This document shows positions 38,549 through 49,425 of a DNA stretch of 64,000 nt, one piece after another. The first letter of the stretch is position 1, and each line of letters starts with the position of its first letter. The position numbers and the translations under genes are program-made. The notes under the pieces were generated by a model, which did not search any database, was not told where the DNA came from, and saw only the letters and a program-made list of their open reading frames with translations. Location: positions 648,467 through 712,466 of the forward strand of contig CAVRJO010000002.1 of the NCBI GenBank assembly GCA_963722255.1, in the 5' to 3' direction. The stretch is from Candidatus Babeliales bacterium (GTDB lineage: Bacteria; Babelota; Babeliae; Babelales; JANWKD01).

Positions 38549-39856
38549 TTATGATAAAACCACCGGCGTTTCAACATGTTCCTGATAAATAAGGACTTGG
38601 ATTACTCTCTTGTGACTTGCCTTTTGAACCTGGAAATAATAGTGCTTATATAAAATTCGTTCATCTTTTTTTGGTAATCTTTGCAACTGTTCCATTAGAA
38701 ATCCACCTAACGTGAAAGCATCTTCTACTTCAAAGGTAATACCAAGCAAAGGAGATAGCTCATCAAGGTCAACCGATGCGTCAACCAACCAGCTACCTTC
38801 TTGAAAAGGAACTATTTTTTCAGTTATCTCTTCATATTCATCGCTAATTTCACCAACAATTTCTTCAAGTACATCTTCAAGGGTAACTAACCCGGTAACA
38901 TTTCCATATTCATTTATTACCATTGCCATATGCATTCGTTCAACTCTAAATTGACGCAATAACTGATTAATCTTCATCGCTTCAGGTACAAATAGTATTG
39001 GACGTACCAACTCTATGAGTGATTTATCTTCACCTTTTGAAAGAAGTGCAAAAATATCTTTTTGATAAATCATGCCAATTACATTATCAGGATTATTTTC
39101 ATACACAGGAAGACGCGAAAATTGGTACGTAGAAAATTTATTAAGGGCATCTCGTAAGGTTTCTGTTGTACCAATCATGATGATATCAATCATGGGCACC
39201 ATTATTTCTTTTACCGGCTTACTTCCAAAATTAAAAATGCTCTGCAACATTTCTGTTTTTTCGGTTTCGATCAAACCTTTTTTATTGATATAATCAATTA
39301 AAAACCGAATTTCTCGTTCTGAAGTAACAAGTTCAGTTGACTCAGTTGAGCCGCCTACCCAAGAAACAAAAAGATCTGATACCATAATTAAGAGCTGCAC
39401 AAAGGGATATAAAATATAAAACGTAAGATTCGTTATCCAAAGTGAAGATTTAAACAGCTTTTCTCCATGAATTTTAGCAATATTTTTTGGGATAACTTCC
39501 CCAAACAAAAGAATAGCAAAGGTACCAAAGCCAATACCAACTGAAAAACCAAGCCCGGATGATAAATTCAACCGGGCAAAAACTTGTTCCATGATAGTTG
39601 TAATGAGCGCCGATGTTGTTACATTGGCCAAACAACTGGCAATCAAAATGGTAATAAGAACTTGATGGGGGTTTTCTTCCAATGTTTCAAATAGTTTTTT
39701 ATAACGCGTCGTTGACGTTGCAAGCTCTTTGAGCTTAAACAAACGAAGAGCGGTTACCGTTGTTTCAAGAAATGAGAAAAGTGCACATCCTAATAATGAT
39801 ACAACAAATCCTGCTATTTCACTATACAACAAACTCGAAAAATTATCTGGTTCCAT
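38549..39856 (-). CDS. HlyC/CorC (CNNM-CBS-CorC) family transporter
   Basis: FSFLET, FGEVIPK, FSRLPVY, NEYG..GLVTLEDVLEEIVGEISDEY. Confidence 0.92.
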   Translation of the reverse strand: MEPDNFSSLLYSEIAGFVVSLLGCALFSFLETTVTALRLFKLKELATSTTRYKKLFETLEENPHQVLITILIASCLANVTTSALITTIMEQVFARLNLSSGLGFSVGIGFGTFAILLFGEVIPKNIAKIHGEKLFKSSLWITNLTFYILYPFVQLLIMVSDLFVSWVGGSTESTELVTSEREIRFLIDYINKKGLIETEKTEMLQSIFNFGSKPVKEIMVPMIDIIMIGTTETLRDALNKFSTYQFSRLPVYENNPDNVIGMIYQKDIFALLSKGEDKSLIELVRPILFVPEAMKINQLLRQFRVERMHMAMVINEYGNVTGLVTLEDVLEEIVGEISDEYEEITEKIVPFQEGSWLVDASVDLDELSPLLGITFEVEDAFTLGGFLMEQLQRLPKKDERILYKHYYFQVQKASHKRVIQVLIYQEHVETPVVLS

Positions 39857-39890
39857 CTGCTCTTTTTATCCTTTTTCCATATAGTATATA

Positions 39891-41882
39891 TTACTCCAAA
39901 GAATCATTTGAAATAGTATCAAATTCTTTATCAAAAAACGATTCTAATTTTTTACTGCGTGAAGGATGGCGTAATTTACGTAATGCTTTAACTTCAATCT
40001 GACGAATACGTTCACGAGTAACAGAAAAATCTTTGCCGACTTCTTCTAAGGTATGCTCTGAAGCCACATCAATACCAAAACGCATTTTGAGCACTTTTTC
40101 TTCTCGCGGTGTTAATGTCTTTAAGCACTTCACGCACTCGTTCTTTAAGGTCATTACTTGCTACGGTATCTGCCGGAGAAAATTCATTTTCATTTTCAAT
40201 AAAGTCTTTAATAAAAGCATCTTCACTATCACCAACAGGTGTTTCTAAAGAAATAGGCTCTTTAGAGATTTTGATGATATTTTTGATTTTCTTCTCATCA
40301 ATGTTAAGTTCTTTTGCCAAGTTCAGCATGAGTAGGTTCACGGCCATGCTCTTGTAAAAACGTACGTTTAATTTTGTTGATTTTATTCAATGTTTCAACC
40401 ATATGTACCGGAACACGAATGGTACTTGATTGATCGGCTATAGCACGAGTGATCGCTTGTCGAATCCACCATGTTGCGTAGGTTGAAAATTTATAACCAC
40501 GCTCAAATTCAAACTTTTCAACTGCTTTCATGAGGCCGATGTTACCTTCTTGAATTAGATCAAGAAAGTGCAGGCCACGATTAATATATTTTTTTGCAAT
40601 ATTTACCACAAGACGTAAATTTGCCTTTGCAAGGTCATCTTTTGCAATTTTATCTTTAGACTGACTTACCTTAAGCTGCGTATAATATTTAACAATCAGA
40701 TCATACAAGAGCCCCATTTCTCCTTCAAGCTTTTTTATAGCTTTTTGAGCTGATCTAATTAAACGATCATTTTCCTCAATATCGGCAAGAATCTCCGGGG
40801 TCTGTTGTTTTTTTTTGAAATAGTTCTATTGTCTTTTTATAGCGCTCAATATCCTGAAGTTTTTCATTAATTTTATTAACCGTTTTTTCAATACGGTTAG
40901 CCATTTTTCTAATAAGCTTATTTGAAATCTTAATAGACTGAATGGTTTCAGCAATCTTTTCCTTGTTCTGCTTTACCCGGTCAAGCATCTCTTTCTTTTT
41001 AGCTTCAGTATCAAGTTTGCCGCGATAACTTCTATAGATCTTTTCTTCATTATCAATCAAATCAGCAATTACTTTTATTGTTGCCAATAAAGCATCTTTT
41101 TCTTCTTGAACCTTAGGCAAATTCTCCTGATCAAATTCGGAAAATTGAATAACATCCTTTAAAGGAACTGATCCTTTTTGAAGTCGATCACCAATCGAAA
41201 CAAACTCCTTATGCACAAAAGGAAATTTGGAGATCGATTCAATTGATCCGCTCTTGCCACTGGCAATTTGCTCAGCAATAATTGATTCAGTTTTTTTATT
41301 AAGCAAAGGTATTTTACCAATGTCCCTCAAATAGCATTTTACCCCATCAGCTATTTGAGCTGAAGAAACGGCTTCTTTTATTACGCGTTCTTCATCTTCA
41401 ACATCAACATCATCTTCTTCATCGATAACATCTTCATCCACATCAAGATCAAGAGAATTTTCAATTTTTTCTTTAAGGTTTTTACTTTTAAGCGGTTCGT
41501 CTTCTTTTTCAAAATCATGAAGATCAGCTGCATTAGCATCCAACTCTTCTTGCATTAAAAGTTCAATATTTTCTTTATCAAAAATACGCATTAAATTATT
41601 GGTATCTTGATCAGATAATTGGTGCTTATGGCTAAACTCCATTATTTCTTCATACGTCAAATAGCCTAATTTTTTGCCTTTAGCAATCAAAGGCTCAACA
41701 AGAGCTTTTTTAACTTCAATACGTGCATTGGGGTCAAGATTTTCCTCGTCTTGATACACATCTTTTACAACTGCTTTCTGATTTTTTTTTGCAGAAACAG
41801 TTTTTTGTGTTATCTCTTTTCCATTAACTTTTGTTTCTTTTTTTTGGCTCACGTCGGTAGACTTTTTTGTTTTTTTTACCAT
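39891..41882 (-). CDS. rpoD: RNA polymerase primary sigma factor, read across three apparent +1 frameshifts
   Basis: [71 protein letters not shown]; lies downstream of dnaG. Confidence 0.93.
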
Positions 41883-43660
41883 TATGCCCCTTTGTTTATT
41901 ACTAATTTATTTTTAAATTTTTGAAAATCATGTAATAATTTTTGCACTAAATTTTTATTACCTTCTTGTTCCGCTTTGGCCAATTTTAGTTTAAAAACCG
42001 CAACTAACGTTTTCCAATGTTGTTTTTGAAACTGAGCAAAAAGATGATTAAAATTTTCTTTAGGAATATACTCTTGAAATTCTAACAAGAGCTTACTGAC
42101 CAAATCCTTTTGCCAAGGTTCAAGCAAATCAAAGAAATTAATAAAATCCCGAGGAGAACTACTTTTTTCTATATGTTCAATTTTTTTTAAAATTTCCTGC
42201 AATGGATTACTAAAAAAATCAATAAAGTGCCAATCTTCCTCTTGTAGTATCCCGATATTATTTATTATAACAGAAAATAATTTCTTTTCCAACTCTGATA
42301 TAGTTTTCAACGAAACAGAAGCGGGTTCACTATGCTCCAGGTTGGACGGCGGCTCTCGTCTAGGCACCTGACTAACCTCAAATAACCTGGTCAACTCTTT
42401 TTTTAATGAATCAAGGGGTATATCGCATTTTTTAGCTGCAGTTTGTAATAGAAAATCCCTTTTTAATGGCTCTTCAATCGCCATAATAATTTTTAACAAC
42501 TGTTGGGTTGAACGAACTTTTTCATGCAGATTTTTATGAGAAAAATCAACGCCAAGCATACAAATAAAAAAATTAAAAATATCCTGAGCCTGATCAACAA
42601 GAAGATTTAAATTGCCACCAGCAGAAAGAAAAGAGGCCGGATCTTCATTTTTAGGCAATTGCACAACCCTAAGCTCTACATTGACCTGCCAACACAGCTC
42701 TGTTAGGCGCAAAATGGCCTTTTGTCCAGCCTCATCACCATCATACACTACAAATAACGTATAGGCGTACCGGCCAATCGTTTTTAGATGTTCAAGAGTG
42801 CATGCAGTGCCCAAGGTTGCGACAGTGTTGATAAAACCATGCTGAACCATTGCAATACAATCAGTATACCCCTCCACCAGAAAAGCCGCTTCTTTTTTTT
42901 GAATGGCTGTTTTGGCCAAATCAAATCCAAACATTAAAGAACCTTTAAAAAAATTGGGATTCTCTTTTGAATTATAATATTTAGAGCGTTCATCATTGGG
43001 TAAAAATATTCTCCCTCCAAATCCACAAAACCTACCCAGATGATCCTTGATAGGAAAAAGTAATCGCTCTTCAAAAGGAGAATAAAGATGGCCTTTGCTC
43101 TCGGTTATTATATGAACTTGCAAAAGATCATGAGCCATATAATTATGTGATTTAACAAAATCTAATAGTGATTTTATTGCCCTACTACCGCTTGGAAAAT
43201 ATCCCAATGAAAAAAGGCTGATTGTATTCTTATCTATCCCCCGTTGTTCAAAATAGCTCATCGCTTGAGATGATTTTAAAAGATTACCGTGACACCATTG
43301 CGCAACCAGCCCGCATAAATCCCAATACTGTTTCTTTTCGTTCAAATGCTGATCATTATTTTTAAAGCTTGCTTCATTCTGTTCCGGCAACGTTAAAGAA
43401 TATTGCTCAGCTAAATGATACACTGCCTGAATAGGAGAGATATTTTCCGCTTTGGCTACAAAGGCTATAACATCTCCACCAACATGACACCCAAAACAGT
43501 AAAATATATTTTTATCGGGACTTACGGTAAACGATGCTGTTTTTTCAGAATGAAAAGGACAACATCCTTTCCAATAATTGCCCGTCTTTCGCACAGTTGT
43601 GTAATGGTTAACAACATCAAGGATGGGTAAATGGTTTTTTACATAGGTAAAAAGATTCAT
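41882..43660 (-). CDS. dnaG: DNA primase
   Basis: CPFHSEKTASF, FYCFGC zinc finger, GFGGR, KYYNS, VEGYTD, YDGDEAG (TOPRIM). Confidence 0.96.
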   Translation of the reverse strand: MNLFTYVKNHLPILDVVNHYTTVRKTGNYWKGCCPFHSEKTASFTVSPDKNIFYCFGCHVGGDVIAFVAKAENISPIQAVYHLAEQYSLTLPEQNEASFKNNDQHLNEKKQYWDLCGLVAQWCHGNLLKSSQAMSYFEQRGIDKNTISLFSLGYFPSGSRAIKSLLDFVKSHNYMAHDLLQVHIITESKGHLYSPFEERLLFPIKDHLGRFCGFGGRIFLPNDERSKYYNSKENPNFFKGSLMFGFDLAKTAIQKKEAAFLVEGYTDCIAMVQHGFINTVATLGTACTLEHLKTIGRYAYTLFVVYDGDEAGQKAILRLTELCWQVNVELRVVQLPKNEDPASFLSAGGNLNLLVDQAQDIFNFFICMLGVDFSHKNLHEKVRSTQQLLKIIMAIEEPLKRDFLLQTAAKKCDIPLDSLKKELTRLFEVSQVPRREPPSNLEHSEPASVSLKTISELEKKLFSVIINNIGILQEEDWHFIDFFSNPLQEILKKIEHIEKSSSPRDFINFFDLLEPWQKDLVSKLLLEFQEYIPKENFNHLFAQFQKQHWKTLVAVFKLKLAKAEQEGNKNLVQKLLHDFQKFKNKLVINKGA

Positions 43661-43662
43661 GA

Positions 43663-44442
43663 TTATACTACCCGAGTGGCGGTACTTTTTGATAAAGAGC
43701 AAAAGAAAAATAAAGCACAGGCAAAAAGAATTATGCCCAATGCAATAAGTTGGTGGTCTGAGTAAAAAGCAATGCGCGTCAAAGAATAGGTTTGATCGTC
43801 TCTAAAAAAATCAATAATAAATCGCTCAGACCCTGCAAAAAATAGATAAGAGGCAAGAAGTTGTCCCTTATTTTTTAAAAAGCGCTGAAACCACATTAAA
43901 AAACAGAAGATTAGCGCTAAAATGAAAGCGCTATAAAGCTGGGTAGGATGAAGAGAGACACCTAAAGGGGCCATACAGCCATGATTGGTATACGTGACAG
44001 CCCATGGCAACAATGATTCCTTACCGTAACAGCATCCGGACAAAAAACATCCTAGGCGCGAGATTGCTTGCAATAGTGGCGTATATAAGGCTACTCGGTC
44101 AAGCAAAGGCAAAATTGGCACCTTGTACAATTTTAAAAGCAGGGGCATAACAAATAAAACAGCCAGTATTGAGCCTAAAACAGCAAATCCACCATACCAA
44201 AATTCAAAAAAATCAAAAAAGGATTCTGAGTGATTAGTTGCAAAAAATAGCAGCCTTCCTCCCAAAACTCCACATATAATGCCGATAATAAGAAGTTTTT
44301 GAAATCGATCATCATCAATGAGCAAAGATCGTTTTTTGTCGTTTGAAAGTAACCCTCCAAAAACAAGAAGCCCCAAAGCTATACAAAAACCATAACTTTG
44401 GATAAAAAATGGCCCATAAATGTGTAACAGCTTTGGATACAT
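43663..44442 (-). CDS. lgt: Prolipoprotein diacylglyceryl transferase
   Basis: GGRL, RLGCFLSGCCYG, HPTQLY, RFIIDFFR. Confidence 0.93.
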   Translation of the reverse strand: MYPKLLHIYGPFFIQSYGFCIALGLLVFGGLLSNDKKRSLLIDDDRFQKLLIIGIICGVLGGRLLFFATNHSESFFDFFEFWYGGFAVLGSILAVLFVMPLLLKLYKVPILPLLDRVALYTPLLQAISRLGCFLSGCCYGKESLLPWAVTYTNHGCMAPLGVSLHPTQLYSAFILALIFCFLMWFQRFLKNKGQLLASYLFFAGSERFIIDFFRDDQTYSLTRIAFYSDHQLIALGIILFACALFFFCSLSKSTATRVV

Positions 44443-44518
44443 AACTCACATATCTGCTTAGAGAGAAAATCAACAAAATAAGTATACCGCACTCTTAAAA
44501 AAAAGAATATAACCCTCT

Positions 44519-45145
44519 TTAATAGCTATTATCTTTGCTTGCAACCAAAAGTCCTTTGTTCAGAACTAGATTTGTCGGGTCATCCCATGAAAAGGTAGAA
44601 CAAATTTTTTCTATTTCAGGTGGTACGGTATATTCCAATTTTCTTCCACCGGCTCGTTGAACTTTACCAAATACTTTAAATTCATAATCAAAACTAACGC
44701 AAAGTTTATCGTCAGTCACTTTAATGGGTGTGGCCGTATCCTGCTTTACTTCTTGGCCATTGGCCATAAGAATAAATTTTGATGGCGTATAATTGCCAGT
44801 CCAATGCTTTTTATAGGTAATCATATCTTTTGTTATCTCATTTGACAGTAGAACGGTTCTTTCAACAGGCTTTGATGGAACTTTATTTGGTAAAGAAATT
44901 GTTGATTTTTCAACCGTCGTATTTTTTTGAGAAGTTATGCTGTTTACTTCATTTGCTTGAATGGGTACAGGTTGAATCTCTTGCTTCATACTTTGCGCAA
45001 CTGCATCTGTATCCTTAGATTCAGCAACTATTTTTTTAGAATCTAAGACGCGTTGACCATTTTCAGTCACAGAAATAAAATTCATCGGCGTGGTAATAAT
45101 AATTGCACTACAGAAAAGCAAAAATATTTTTTTCATTGTATTCAT
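44519..45145 (-). CDS. Secreted hypothetical protein
   Basis: Signal-like N-terminus, low-complexity linker, beta-rich C-domain. Confidence 0.65.
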   Translation of the reverse strand: MNTMKKIFLLFCSAIIITTPMNFISVTENGQRVLDSKKIVAESKDTDAVAQSMKQEIQPVPIQANEVNSITSQKNTTVEKSTISLPNKVPSKPVERTVLLSNEITKDMITYKKHWTGNYTPSKFILMANGQEVKQDTATPIKVTDDKLCVSFDYEFKVFGKVQRAGGRKLEYTVPPEIEKICSTFSWDDPTNLVLNKGLLVASKDNSY

Positions 45146-45234
45146 AGCAATAATCCTTTATTTTAAATTCATGTTTTTCACTATACAAAAAAAAGTGAAA
45201 ATCGTACAATTTACTAAACAAAGGAGCATTTATA

Positions 45235-46641
45235 ATGGTGTACAAAAGCCTATTATTAGCAACAATTGCATATTCATCATTAATGAGTATGGAAGAAAAA
45301 GAACCAGAAACTCTTTTTGATAAAGCAGTTTGCTTCATTGACACCATTATTCCACAAAGAAACCCCCATGATTTCAGCAAAAAAGTTAAACAATTTCTCA
45401 GAAACCAGAACGCAACAAAAGAACAAAAAAAAGAGCTAAAAAGCAAGTTAGCTTCATTTGCACAATCTACTTTTTATACCATTAAAACTCTTTCTGATAT
45501 TAAAAATCTTGATTGTGTTGCTTCTGCACAAAAATCAATAGTAGCCTGGGTCGATACTCTAGATACTGCCTTTAATGTTAATGTAACAACAAAGCCTCAA
45601 GAAACAGTACGCATGAACGGCCATAAACATGCTATTTCTTGCCTGTCCATATCTCCCGACCAAAAATGTCTTATAACCGGCTCAAAGGGAGAAGATTCCT
45701 TAAAAATTTGGCAACTTGAACCACAAATTAAATCTCTTGTTACCTGTAACTATTTTAAATACGCTCAAAAAAAAATACCGAGCATGGAGTCAACGGATTC
45801 TCTTTCCTGCGTTCAATTTTCTCCGAATGAAGACCATATTGTTTGTGCTGACTCAAGCGGAAGAGTTTGTGTAATAAAAGTGAGCAAAGAAAGCAACTAT
45901 GAAATAAAACTACTTTCCTTTAAAAAATTTATTAAGAGCACTAATAATCCTTTTACAAAGATTAGTTTTATATCTGGCAATAGAATGATTATATCAAATG
46001 CACGCACAATAACTTTTTGGAAGACAACGACATGGAAAATTAACCAGACAGTAAATCTTGATGAGTCTCTTGAAATGATCGCTACCTTTCCTGATAAACT
46101 ACGAATATGCGCTAAATATTTAGATGCAAAAAATAAAAATAGTTCAATTCAAATTATAGAAACTAAAGGAACTAAACGAATTACAGAAGATACTATTCAT
46201 AAAATTGTCTATGAATCTGCTCTTTTTGCAAAAGAAAATGTTAGTACAGGTTTTGATTCATCAGGTAATTTAATCCTCATAAAGAAAGGCACCCATCCAA
46301 AATTTTATCGTCTTGATACTGATGAACCAAACAAATTTTTGTTACCGGATTGGACAAGTCTATACTATTTTACAAATCCTCAAACCATGCCGCAAAGCTT
46401 GCTTTCAGCCTCTTTGATCGACCAAAGGAAACCTTTTAGGATAACAACAATCTATGTACCTGAAATGCTTAGTTTTAAAAAATTGTATTTGCATATGGCA
46501 ATAAGAAAAGCTATCGAAGAACATGATACTGATACCTTACGTAAGCTAAGAAAAAGCAATCTAATAGAAACCTATGGGACGCCTGAACTTTTACGAGGAT
46601 ATATTGATAAGGCAATGCAAAATCTCAGCGCAGAGCTATAG
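45235..46641 (+). CDS. Secreted WD40-repeat protein
   Basis: GHKHAISCLSISPDQKCLITGS...LKIWQL; CVQFSPNE. Confidence 0.82.
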   Translation: MVYKSLLLATIAYSSLMSMEEKEPETLFDKAVCFIDTIIPQRNPHDFSKKVKQFLRNQNATKEQKKELKSKLASFAQSTFYTIKTLSDIKNLDCVASAQKSIVAWVDTLDTAFNVNVTTKPQETVRMNGHKHAISCLSISPDQKCLITGSKGEDSLKIWQLEPQIKSLVTCNYFKYAQKKIPSMESTDSLSCVQFSPNEDHIVCADSSGRVCVIKVSKESNYEIKLLSFKKFIKSTNNPFTKISFISGNRMIISNARTITFWKTTTWKINQTVNLDESLEMIATFPDKLRICAKYLDAKNKNSSIQIIETKGTKRITEDTIHKIVYESALFAKENVSTGFDSSGNLILIKKGTHPKFYRLDTDEPNKFLLPDWTSLYYFTNPQTMPQSLLSASLIDQRKPFRITTIYVPEMLSFKKLYLHMAIRKAIEEHDTDTLRKLRKSNLIETYGTPELLRGYIDKAMQNLSAEL

Positions 46642-46649
46642 TAAAAAAA

Positions 46650-48458
46650 CTATCTGCCCATTTCACGGATCTTGAAAATAAGTAATGATATTGCAGCAGG
46701 CGTCATCCCAGGGATGAGCATCGCTTGTGCAATAGTTTGCGGTTTATGTTTTAATAATTTTTGTTTTAATTCGGTAGATAATCCGGGCATAGAGCTATAA
46801 TCTACATGAGCGGGAATAATAAGCGCTTGATATGTTTTAGATTTTTCAATCTCTTTTTCTTCGCGCTTTAAATATGGTTCATAACGAATATCGGCCCATA
46901 TAGTTTGCAGGATACGTTCGGGCAATTTACCTCCGGTCAACTCAATAAGTTTATTTTTATTCTCTTCTTGATTTCCCAAAAGCTTAAGAAGCTCACAACT
47001 ATTAGTTCCTGTTCTTAATTGGTCTATAGTTTCATGGACAAGCTCTTTTTCATTTTTGATTGCTGTATATAATTCTTGATCGATTAACCCTAGATCATAG
47101 CTCATATCGGCCAATCGTAAAAAGACATTATCTTGACGCAATATTAATCGACGTTCAGCACGAGAGGTAAACATTCTATATGGTTCATCGACACCAAGAG
47201 TCACCAAATCATCAATCATCACGCCAATATACCCTTGTGTTCTATCCAAAATAAAGGGCGAAAGCCCACATGCTTTACGATGCGCATTAATTCCGGCAAT
47301 AATACCTTGGCCGGCTGCTTCTTCATAGCCGGTGGTTCCATTGATTTGACCTGCTAAAAAGAGCCCGGGCTTTTGCTTAACTTCAAGCGTATGTTTAAGT
47401 TGGTCAGGTAAAACAAAATCATATTCAACGGCATAACCAGGTCGAACAATAACAGCATCTTCAAAACCAACAATTGAACGAACCATCTCCATCTGCACCT
47501 GTAACGGCAAAGATGTGGAGATTCCATTAGGGTAAATCTCTTCGCTTGATGCACTTTCAGGTTCAACAAAAATATGGTGTGATGTTTTTTCAGGAAATCG
47601 CGCAATCTTATCTTCAACTGATGGGCAATAACGAGGGCCAACGCCTTTAATATTTCCACTATACATAGCAGAAAGATGCAAATTCTTTCGAATTATTTCA
47701 TGTGTTTTTGTGTTAGTGTAGGCAATATAACAGTCGCGACTATTTGTCACTCTATGAGAAGAGAATTCAAAAAGATGATCAAGATTGTCCGGCGCTTGTA
47801 CCTCAAGTTTGGTGAAATCAATGCTCGAACGTAATAACCGGGGCGGTGTACCGGTTTTTAGTCGTCCAATTTTTAATCCTAAATCATTAAGAAAAGAAGA
47901 AAGATGTGGCACCGCTTCATCGCCTTGGCGACCTGCAGAATAGTTTTGTTTACCAATATGAATAAGGCCATTTAAAAATGTTCCTGTGGTCAAAATGACA
48001 GCAGAAGAACTATATTCCATGCCTTCGCGTGTTACTACTCCACAAACATCCCCTTCAGCATTGGTTATTAATCTTTCAACCATGCCTGAAAGAATGCTCA
48101 GGTTTTCAGTCGTTTCTAATGTCTCTTTTGCTAATTTGTTATACGCATGCTTATCAATTTGTAATCGCAATCCTTGAACTGCCGGACCTTTTTTTGTATT
48201 GAGCATGCGAGCTTGTAGATAGGTTTTAGTGCACAATTTAGGCATTAAACCGCCTAGTGCACTTATTTCAAACACAATGTGACCTTTGCCAACACCTCCG
48301 ATTGCAGGATTGCATGGCATGTAACCAATTCGATCTAAATTTAAAGTAATAAGTAATGTTCTTGAACCCAAACGAGCTGATGCGTAGGCTGCTTCGATAC
48401 CGGCATGACCACCGCCAACAACAATCACATCAAAATCATAACTATTTATTTTTGACAT
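46650..48458 (-). CDS. mnmG: tRNA uridine-5-carboxymethylaminomethyl modification enzyme
   Basis: VVGGGHAGIEAA, CNPAIGG, RLKTGTPPR, GPRYCPSVEDK, GQINGTTGYEEAA. Confidence 0.97.
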   Translation of the reverse strand: MSKINSYDFDVIVVGGGHAGIEAAYASARLGSRTLLITLNLDRIGYMPCNPAIGGVGKGHIVFEISALGGLMPKLCTKTYLQARMLNTKKGPAVQGLRLQIDKHAYNKLAKETLETTENLSILSGMVERLITNAEGDVCGVVTREGMEYSSSAVILTTGTFLNGLIHIGKQNYSAGRQGDEAVPHLSSFLNDLGLKIGRLKTGTPPRLLRSSIDFTKLEVQAPDNLDHLFEFSSHRVTNSRDCYIAYTNTKTHEIIRKNLHLSAMYSGNIKGVGPRYCPSVEDKIARFPEKTSHHIFVEPESASSEEIYPNGISTSLPLQVQMEMVRSIVGFEDAVIVRPGYAVEYDFVLPDQLKHTLEVKQKPGLFLAGQINGTTGYEEAAGQGIIAGINAHRKACGLSPFILDRTQGYIGVMIDDLVTLGVDEPYRMFTSRAERRLILRQDNVFLRLADMSYDLGLIDQELYTAIKNEKELVHETIDQLRTGTNSCELLKLLGNQEENKNKLIELTGGKLPERILQTIWADIRYEPYLKREEKEIEKSKTYQALIIPAHVDYSSMPGLSTELKQKLLKHKPQTIAQAMLIPGMTPAAISLLIFKIREMGR

Positions 48459-48596
48459 TGCGTATATATACCTAACATTATTTGCACGAAATTTCTGCTA
48501 GAGATAATTTTAACGCATCTTTGATTAGATAGCAATTATAAGCACAAAGAAGAACCTCCATTCCCCCTAACTTGTGCACGTATCACTTCATGAAGA

Positions 48597-49010
48597 CTAT
48601 TTTTTCTTTGCAGTACGCCTATTTATAGCACGCCATAATTTTGAGACGTCTTGTAAATCTTCCGGCAAATATTTGAAAAATGGCCTAAGGGCCAAACCAA
48701 TCAAGGGTGCACTTGTTTTGTGTTGCACTTTTTTCAATGCCGCAATAAGCGCTTGGATATTAATACTGGGATACTCTTTTTTAAATTCTGCTGCTTTGAC
48801 AGGATCTTCTAAGATTGCAATAATTGCAGCAAAAAACTCACTTAAGGTTCTTGGATCATCATTTTCGGCTTCAAATGTACGCAAAAGTTCAATAACAACT
48901 TTTCCGGCTGTGTCTTCTTTTGCTTGCATCGTAAAACTTGTTAACCCCGAAGATAATACAAATGCTAACATTCCACACATACCAATTTTTTTTAAATCGA
49001 TTAAATTCAC
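48597..49010 (-). CDS. Secreted helical hypothetical protein
   Basis: GGAGG RBS, GTG start, signal peptide ending MQA. Confidence 0.65.
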   Translation of the reverse strand: MNLIDLKKIGMCGMLAFVLSSGLTSFTMQAKEDTAGKVVIELLRTFEAENDDPRTLSEFFAAIIAILEDPVKAAEFKKEYPSINIQALIAALKKVQHKTSAPLIGLALRPFFKYLPEDLQDVSKLWRAINRRTAKKK

Positions 49011-49425
49011 AGTTATTTCCTCCGCTTACTATAAGCTACAGATTAAACTCACTATACCACCAGTTTAAAGAGCTGATTAATCTTGTCAAAAGGTGGCCGT
49101 TTTACCAATAAAAACCACTCAATCGGCCTTGCAAAAACAAGCCAACTGAAGATCATTTTTAATGCTATCATTTAACTAATTATGATCTTCAATCATTTGA
49201 CTCAATGGGCATTTAAAACTTCTAATAATTTTTTAAATAATCTGTTTTGCTGTTTTTGCGCTATTTTTTTAAATTTCAAATAGATATTTTATATTGAAGA
49301 GTAATTGGATTCTTCCATTTTTATGATTTCTATAAATATGGTGATATACTTGGCAATGCGTTATTCTAAAACGTACAAAAAAATAGGCTAGAATTCACTT
49401 AATTTCATACGAAAATAGTAAAACA

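Noticed and set aside
39891..41882. rpoD as a true pseudogene or four-gene split sigma factor
   Set aside because: Essential gene with only single-base insertions and no other decay; sequencing error is more parsimonious
48574..49068. 164-aa plus-strand ORF
   Set aside because: Antisense shadow of 48597-49010, which has an RBS and signal peptide
49070..49425. Structured ncRNA or riboswitch upstream of mraY
   Set aside because: Only short inverted repeats (GGCCG...CGGCC, GAAGATCAT...ATGATCTTC); no recognisable family
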